NCBI GenBank assembly: GCA_951406725.2
Contig: OX597838.1
Coordinates: forward strand, 19,468,001-19,532,000
Origin: Octopus vulgaris
Taxonomy: Eukaryota
DNA: 64,000 nt
Direction of reading: 5' to 3'
The notes beneath the pieces are model-generated. The model saw nothing but the letters and a program-made list of their open reading frames with translations. It searched no databases and was not told where the DNA came from. Positions 55,455 through 64,000 of this stretch are shown piece after piece (position 1 is the stretch's first letter; each line of letters opens with the position of its first letter). The translations under genes and the position numbers were made by a program.

Positions 55455-55455
<1 letters not shown>
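54281..55455 (+). mobile_element. AT-rich non-coding element between (TA)n tracts, carrying an HHR (probable non-autonomous Penelope-like element)
   Basis: Left end homologous to reverse complement of 19891-19950; HHR at 55133-55248. Confidence 0.5.
55133..55248 (+). ncRNA. Type I hammerhead ribozyme candidate with 85-nt stem II
   Basis: Core CTGAAGA 55139-55145; stem II GGC.GTGGGG/CCTCAC.GCC, ATGCCTCATTTA/TAAATGAGGTAT, ACCT/AGGT; GAAA 55231-55234; palindromic ACAGCTGT; GUC, cut after 55242; stem I partly decayed. Confidence 0.65.
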
Positions 55456-55775
<320 letters not shown>

Positions 55776-55865
55776 AGAATACAAGAATAGATACATACCC
55801 GAACATGCACATGCACGCACACATCCACACACACACATATGCACATAACCAGTGTGTATGTGTAT

Positions 55866-55899
<34 letters not shown>

Positions 55900-56123
55900 A
55901 AGAGAGAGAGAGGGAGAGAAAGAGAGGGAGAGGGAGAGAAAGAGAGAGAGAGTTGGGAAGGGAGACAGATAGACATCAAGTTCACTCTTCCGTCGCTCCA
56001 TATATCCATTTGATTTTTGGCTGAAACGAAATTGCCAGCGAGTTCTCTCCTTTCTCATTTCAGAGAGCAATTGTCATTAGCTCCAATGACTTCTCTTCTC
56101 ATTAGGATTATATTTTTAATATT

Positions 56124-56512
56124 GGAGGCGCAATGGCCCAGTGGTTAGGGCAGCGGACTCGCGGTCATAGGATCGTGGTTTCGATTCCCAGACCGGGCGT
56201 TGTGAATGTTTATTGAGCGAAAACACCTAAAAGCTCCACGAGGCTCCGGCAGGGGGTGGTGATCCCTGCTGTACTCTTTCACCACAACTTTCTCTCACTC
56301 TTTCTTCCTGTTTCTGTTGTACCTGTATTTCAAAGGGCCGGTCTTGTCACTCTCTGTGTCACGCTGAATATCCCCGAGAACTACGTTAAGGGTGCACGTG
56401 TCTGTGGAGTGCTCAGCCACTTACACGTTAATTTCACGAGCAGGCTGTTCCGTTGATTCGGATCAACCGGAACCCTCGTCGTCGTAACCGACGGAGTGCT
56501 TCCATCCCATCC
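56124..56512 (+). mobile_element. SINE family D, tail type 2, full length
   Basis: tRNA-Arg-like head; 12-bp TSD ATATTTTTAATA at 56110-56121 and 56513-56524; (CCAT)n tail. Confidence 0.9.
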
Positions 56513-56599
56513 ATATTTTTAATAGCTAAAAACTTGCTTTCAGGTTACTATTTCAAATTTGGTAACCTGCCTGTGTATGTATGTATGTGTGTGTGTGCA

Positions 56600-56760
56600 T
56601 ACAAAGGTGTTGCTGTGTGTTAAGAAACTTGTTTCCCAACCACATGGTTCTAGGTTCAATCCCACTGCGTGGCACCTTGGGCGAGTGTCTTCTACCATGG
56701 CTTCTGGCCGACCAAAGAAAGAAACTGTAAAAAAAACCCGTCGTAAATATGTATATATAA
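56600..56760 (+). mobile_element. SINE family B 5' half
   Basis: CCAACCACATGGTTC...CCCACTGCGTGGCACCTTGGGC. Confidence 0.8.
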
Positions 56761-57082
56761 GCATCAAGTGCCGAAAATGAACTTTCTTATCTTCCATTTT
56801 AAAGGGTTACAGAATTAACACAGGTTATAGGAACATAAGCCTTCTTCCACGAAAAGATAGCTTAAACTATGCTCTAAATGGAGGTGTAGTCAAATCCTGT
56901 TTTATGGACTTAATCATGTTCTAAAATAAGTCGAAAGGTAAGCTACTATAAATCGGCACGAACTTTCCGGACAATCCAATATTTTCTTTCGTTTCTCACT
57001 TGTAAACTAACGAAGGTCTAAAAGCAATATCATTTGACCAGTGATGTCAAATGGACGCCCGACGGACTGGTCGGTCAAGGTG

Positions 57083-57135
<53 letters not shown>

Positions 57136-57293
57136 TGTCCCCAAAAACAGAATAAGAACGTAACGGATGACAATAAAAGCATACGGACAGATAGACTATA
57201 CAAAGACGGACAGGATAAAACCAGGACAGAATATCCGTGACCCTCTGTTCATCAGTCAAGCTTCCAATTGCCATTACTGTTTCGATATATATA

Positions 57294-57690
57294 TCTTTAT
57301 ATATAAAAGAGAAGTTGTGTGTCTGTCTCCTACGATTTAGATTCCTAACTACTCCCACATTTTGCGGTGCAGTTTAACCAAAACCGGGTATCTTATAGTC
57401 GTGATTCATATCGAGCCCTTCTGGGTATTAGCGCGCGTCTACGATGAGTCTACGATTTTTAAAATATTTATCATAATTTTTTTCCATTTTAATGTATTTT
57501 TTCGCTATTATATAAGGGAAGTAACTCTCTAAAAATGTCTACGATGAGTCAACGATTTAAAAAATATTTACCATCATTTTTTTTCCATTTTTAATGCATT
57601 TTTTTTGCTATTTTTTGGCTATAACTCTCTAAAAATGCTTATATAGTTATTTCCCTTACAAACCCGAGCAACGCCGGGCGATACTGCTAG
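57294..57690 (+). mobile_element. Non-autonomous Helitron
   Basis: A|TC start, CCCGAGCAACGCCGGG hairpin, CTAG|T end; internal duplication of about 100 bp (57437-57638). Confidence 0.88.
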
Positions 57691-58029
57691 TATATATATA
57701 TATATATATATATTACCAGTGCTGACGTAATAGTCACATGGCTTAGCTTATCCTCCCTCTATAACTTCAGCCATTCACCACCATTTGTGGTCAGTCACTC
57801 TATCCTATTAGGTATTGTTATTGGGGTTAACAATGAGTGTGAATTTAAAAATTGTTTATGTCGGTTGTCAGCAATGTCATTAAGAATTAAGTGTGATTAT
57901 TTTGAAATACTGGCATCATTTATAGTTCATTTGCTTATGTTTATTAAAAGACTTTAAATCAATATCATAAAGTGCATTAAAGTAACCCTTTCTGAAATGG
58001 TTGGTTGTATTACAAGAAAGGAAAAAAAA

Positions 58030-58360
58030 AAAGAGAAAGTTGCCGATGCAAGTTCTTTGTTCGATGGAAAATGGATAGATAATTATTTTTCACAAAAATA
58101 AATAGAAAATGTGTGTGTGTCTTATTTGTAAAGATTCGTTTGAAGTGTATAAAAGTATAATCTTGAACGCCACTATTTGATCAAGCATAAGGAACATGAT
58201 AAACTGAAAAAAGATTCTGCGTTTAGACAAGCTAACACTTTTAAAAGAATCTTTATGCAAATAATAATCTATTTTCAAAAGACGAATTAATCAAAATACT
58301 TGAAGCAAGTTATGAAATGTATGAGCTAATTACAAAGAGAGTGAAACTACGTACGGAGAG
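58030..58360 (+). pseudogene. hAT transposase N-terminal fragment (GTF2IRD2/SPIN/Buster-like BED finger)
   Basis: Frameshifted KVADASSLFDGKWIDNYFFTKINRKCVC/LICKDSFEVYK/YNLERHYLIKH...ASYEMYELITKRVK; a possible further piece at 58915-59005 (VFERIEKNV...VGEK/NGLTG). Confidence 0.75.
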
Positions 58361-59304
58361 CCATAGGTGTATGTGTGGTGTGTGTGTATGTATGTATGTA
58401 TGTATGTATGTATGTATGTATGTATGTATGTATGTATGTATGTGTGTATGTATGTATGTGTGTGCGTGCGTATGTATGTATGTATGTGAGTATGTGTGTA
58501 TGTGTGTATGTATGTGTGTATGTATGTATGTATGTATGTATGTATGTATGTATGTATGTATGTGCGTATGTATGTGCGTATGTATGTATGTAGGTAGATA
58601 TGTATATATGTATGTATGTGCGTATGTTTTTATGTGTGTATGTATGTATGCATGTATGTATGTATGTATGTGTGTATGTATGTGTGCATGTATGTATGTG
58701 CGTATGTATGTAGGTAGGTAGGTATGTATATATGTATGTGCGTATGTTTTTATGTATGTATGTATGTATGCATATATGAATGTATGTATGTATGCATATA
58801 TGAATGTATGTATATGCGTATGTATGTATGTGCGTATGTATGTACTACGTTTGCATGTATTTACTACGTATATATATATGTATATACTACGGATGTATGT
58901 ATGTATGTATGTGTGGGTATTCAGGTATTTGAAAGAATTGAAAAAAACGTGTGGATTTAGCGATCAAACATGGCGACTGGTTGGAGAAAAAACGGTTTGA
59001 CAGGAGAGGTAATCAGAAGGGGAACTAATAAAGTATTGGTGATCCCAAATGAAGGTGCACGTGCGTGTGTGTGGGTGTATGGGTGTGCAGATGATGGTGT
59101 GTGTAGTTGTGTAGATGATGTGTGTGGTGTGGGTGCTGGGTAGTGGTCAGTTCTAGTGTGTGCAGAGTGATGTGGGGTGGGGTAGTGTTGTGGTGGTGTG
59201 TTGAGTGGTGTGAGGGTAGGGATGTGGGGCGGGGGAGGGAGGAGGTGGTATTAATGAAGTGAAAAGGTGGGTAGTGGTGAAGAGAGGAAGTAGGTGTCAG
59301 GGGA

Positions 59305-60252
<948 letters not shown>

Positions 60253-61137
60253 CGGATCCGTTTCCAATGCAATACCTGTTGACTGGTATATCAAAAAAAA
60301 AAAAAGAGCGCATTGTAACATATGTTTTCAATTTACTCTTTCAGTAAAGGCTGGAAGAAGTGACATTTTTAGCCGTACATTTTTGTTCTATGCAGCTTCG
60401 AATCAGCTAGAGTTGATGATGAAGAAGAAATTCCTTTATATAGTTCTCTTCAATTATCGACGTTACTTGCATTGGCAAACCACAAATGCTGCTAAGTGTA
60501 ATTCTAATTCCGTTATTTTGCTAATGGAAGAAGAAGAATGAAAAAAAAAAAAAGCTTTGATAGTTTGTTGCGAATTTAGGTTTATTACATCAATGATTTT
60601 ATTTTTAATGCTTAGCTGTAGAAACATGCTTTGTCAAATTGGTTTTGTGTGCTCATATTTCAGCAATGCACAATTCACATAAAACTTCATTCCTAGCGTG
60701 TCTTATTTCTCTCACCCAACGGATCAGTCAGTTTTTTATTGTGCTTGGTATAAAAGGGTATTATTTGAGAACGATCGAGATATATCTTTAGAACAATGCT
60801 TGGTTTGTTCAGACTTCCACTGTGTGACTGAGTAACAGCTGCGAAAAACCTTCGGGTCGCCCAGAGAACCTTCGTGTGGTCGCTCGATACACTAGAAATA
60901 GCAGCCAAAATAGTTATCAATTCGTTCTCCACCGTTTTAGATAACCAGAGAAACAATCACCCTACTAGTAACTCCAGTATAGTTTTTGATAAACACCTAC
61001 CACACTACCAACAAGGTAAGCTTCTCCCTAGAAACCAGCACTGTTTCCAAAATATGCTACTAACGGCGTCTGTTATCCAATTTTCCTATCCCGGATCCAA
61101 TCATTCTGGAAAATGTACGAATATCTTTACAACGCAT

Positions 61138-61363
61138 TACTCTTTACTCTTTTACTTGTTTCAGTCATTTGACTGCGGCCATGCTGGAGCACCGCCTTTA
61201 GTCGAGCAAATCGACCCCGGGACTTATTCTTTGTAAGCCCAGTACTTATTCTATCGGTCTCTTTTGCCGAACCGCTAAGTGACGGGGACGTAAACACACC
61301 AGCATCGGTTGTCAAGCAATGCTATGGGGGACAAACACAGACACACAAACACACACACACATA

Positions 61364-61407
<44 letters not shown>

Positions 61408-61541
61408 ACGACAGGCTTCTTTCAGTTTCCGTCTACCAAATCCACTCACAAGGCACTTGCCCAAGATGCCACGCAGTGGGACTGAACCCGGAACCATGTG
61501 GTTGGTTAGCAAGCTACTTACCACACAGCCACTCCTGCGCC
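61138..61541 (-). mobile_element. SINE family B
   Basis: Reverse complement matches 42140-42586 with a small internal deletion. Confidence 0.9.
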
Positions 61542-61764
61542 TATTATTTTGAATTACCAAAGTATTTTGAATTTATAATTCAATTTAAAGGATATAGAAA
61601 ATTCATTTTGAATTTATGAAGTAAATATTTTAAAACATTAATTTGCACATCTGATGGCTGTGCAGAGTTTGTCTTCTGCGCATGTAATGAAACTGGTAGC
61701 GCTGTAGCAGCTATTGTAATTAGTAATGATTAATAATGAAATCATTAATCCTTAATGACATTGT

Positions 61765-62045
61765 CTGTCATCCTCTCGGAGTTAATTAAATAAGTACCAG
61801 TTAAGCGCTGGAATCGATGTAATCGACTTAACGCTCTCCTTTAAAATAGCTGACCTTGTCCCAAAAATGGATTGGCCTGATATTTTGGGGGAGGGGGCTA
61901 GTCGATTACAGTGACCCCCAAGTGCTCAACTGGTACTTTATTTATCGACCCGCAAAGGATGAAAAGTAGAGTAGACCTCGACGGAATTTGAATTCAGAAT
62001 GTTAAGCCGGAAGAAATACCGTCAAGTATTTTGTCCGTGTGCAAC
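61765..62045. mobile_element. Two decayed family A-related SINEs, tail to tail
   Basis: + strand TCATCC...AAGTACCAG...TCGATGTAATCGAC, then minus strand CTGGTACTT...TATCGACCC...GGATGAAA...GGAATTTGAA. Confidence 0.65.
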
Positions 62046-62228
62046 CTTAGAATTTAATAGATTAATAGCGTATCATTGTCTTGTTCCGCGACACAATTTG
62101 TACGCACATTCGCTACGGAAATAGTAACAAAATGTATCAAATTTATAAGAAAAAAATAAGGGTTCAACAAAAGAGAAATTAAAGGAAATTTTGATGGATC
62201 TTAGTATAAACTAAAAGTTTTAAATTCT

Positions 62229-62646
62229 GGCACCCTCAGTCACAATTAGTGACGATAAAATTTTTACTTTATGATATTATATTGCGCTTGGCTGTATAAA
62301 TCAATTTTTAATATACGCATTAGCATTTCGCTCAATCAACCATTTATTTTTGTGGTAAAAAAATATATACACTGAGGTGCGGTTTAGCCAAACCCTCGAG
62401 CGTTTGAGTTGTCACTACCGACGAGCCTACAACTGATAGGCGAAACTAGTTTAGTCTAGTGATCCTAGAGACTCTCATGGGGCGGTTATCTCCCCCGTCA
62501 ATGTATATATATATATGTTTGCGCGCTTCTTACAGCATTAATAGCTTTTAACTCTTATTTCTTGCAATATAAGTGGTTCGGCACCCTCATTCACAATTAA
62601 TGACGATAAAATGTTTACTTTATGGTATTATATTGCGCCTCCAACT

Positions 62647-62650
<4 letters not shown>
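62229..62650 (+). mobile_element. 351-bp unit with 60-70 bp direct terminal repeat and central HHR (retrozyme or Penelope pseudo-LTR-like)
   Basis: GGCACCCTCA.TCACAATTA.TGACGATAAAAT.TTTACTTTATG.TATTATATTGCGC at 62229 and 62580. Confidence 0.65.
62406..62474 (+). ncRNA. Type I hammerhead ribozyme candidate (U4C core variant)
   Basis: Stem I GTCACTA/TAGTGAT plus distal GAGT/ACTC; core CCGACGA; stem II GCCTA-CAACTGA-TAGGC; GAAA; stem III ACTA-GTT-TAGT; GUC, cut after 62456. Confidence 0.75.
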
Positions 62651-62686
<36 letters not shown>

Positions 62687-62833
62687 GCCTGGCGTCTTCT
62701 AACATTTGATGAGACGACGTGTCGTACTCGCCTACGAAATTTTGGGTCATGTGAAGATGAGTCAGACAGGTATTAAACAAAAACGTGACTTCTACGAAAT
62801 GTGTTGAGAGTCACTTTCTTTTGGTTGATCACT

Positions 62834-62874
<41 letters not shown>

Positions 62875-63819
62875 AGAGAGAGAGAGAGAGAGAAGAAAGA
62901 GAGAGGGAGGTGGATAAACGAGAGAGATTTATACGCTTGTTTTTATTCAAGAGAATGTATATAAGTATATATCCGCAGAAATGTGACAAAAATGAACTTT
63001 TTTTTGTAAATATAATTTGCATCGTCACGACATAATGTCCAACAATAGTCAGCCATCTTGCTTTCATTCCAGAATCTTTGATTGATAGCTTCAATGGATT
63101 TAATATCTCTCTTCGTTCATCATCAACGGCACAAATATATTTAGGAGAGAAATCTAGTTGTGAATGTGAAAAAAATGTAATTTAAGAGAGATCTGATAAA
63201 ACATACCTTTGAGAGCCTCAAATAGATTGTTAAACTCTGTTTCGAAAAGAAAATCTGTAATTTCCTAAGAAGATAACACAGAACCATTTGAAGGCATGCC
63301 AAGCTTTAGACTCAGGTACTAAGGGCGTTGTACTAAATGTCTTATCTTTTAATACCCTTCGGTTCTATAAAACTGTTTCTCCTTCATTTTTGAAGGAACT
63401 GATTGCAGAAATATTTCTGGAAGAAAATAATATTCCTTTGAACTTTTTTTTTATTATTCACAACCTTAAATATTTTCATTAAACCAAGCTCTCTATGAAG
63501 AGATGGCAAAAATATTTTCTTTTGAAACTATTAAAATGTTACTTCTTCCGGTGACACACGAAGGCCAGGTCAGCTATTTTCTTTATAATGGTTTCAAATG
63601 TTGGTACAAGGCCAGGGATTTTCTTACCACACAGCCACTTCTGCGCCTGTATACACTTTTAAGATTTGTAGTAATTTGTCACCACTATATTATAAAGTGA
63701 AGCAACCATATAAACATATTAAATAATGTTCTGGGTGAGCTTTATATTTTCTGGACATGTTAATAATTTCGTTGGGATGTACTATAATAGTAAAAGAAAA
63801 ATATATTTGTTAGAATTAA

Positions 63820-64000
63820 TGGATGGAAGCACTCCGTCGGTTACGACGACGAGGGTTACGGTTGATCCGAATCAACGGAACAGCCTGCTCGTGAAATTAA
63901 CGTGTAAGTGGCTGAGCACTCCACAGACACGTGCACCCTTAACGTAGTTCTCGGGGATATTCAGCGTGACACAGAGTGACAAGGCCGGCCCTTTGAAATA
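63820..64000 (-). mobile_element. SINE family D tail type 2, runs off the window
   Basis: Reverse complement nearly identical to 56326-56505. Confidence 0.9.

Overview
Eukaryotic, AT-rich, extremely microsatellite-dense DNA with no recognisable host protein-coding exon. The repeat make-up (several tRNA-headed SINE families, RTE/CR1/RLE-type LINE tails, Helitrons, hAT and Tigger MITEs, long (TA)n/(TATC)n/(TGTA)n tracts) suggests an intergenic or intronic region of a coleoid cephalopod, probably Octopus. This assignment is inferred from memory of these repeats, not from a search. Nearly all listed ORFs are microsatellite translation artefacts. The only protein-like remnants are transposon fragments: Helitron RepHel, hAT BED finger, Penelope-type RT YLDD motif, RTE C2H2 fingers, and CR1-like and RLE-type C-termini. 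The most interesting hidden signal is a set of type I hammerhead-ribozyme (HHR) folds, read by eye on both strands. Four are well formed (15727, 41873, 55133, 62406). Three are minimal Penelope-style copies on the minus strand, and several more are decayed. One sits in a 351-bp partially tandem, retrozyme-like unit; two share an atypical C/A pair at the base of stem II; one has an 85-nt stem II. A SINE family also inserts as head-plus-multimer arrays with the same junction at four loci, and there are several long fold-back palindromes. None of the structures was computed; all need CM search, folding and cleavage assays.
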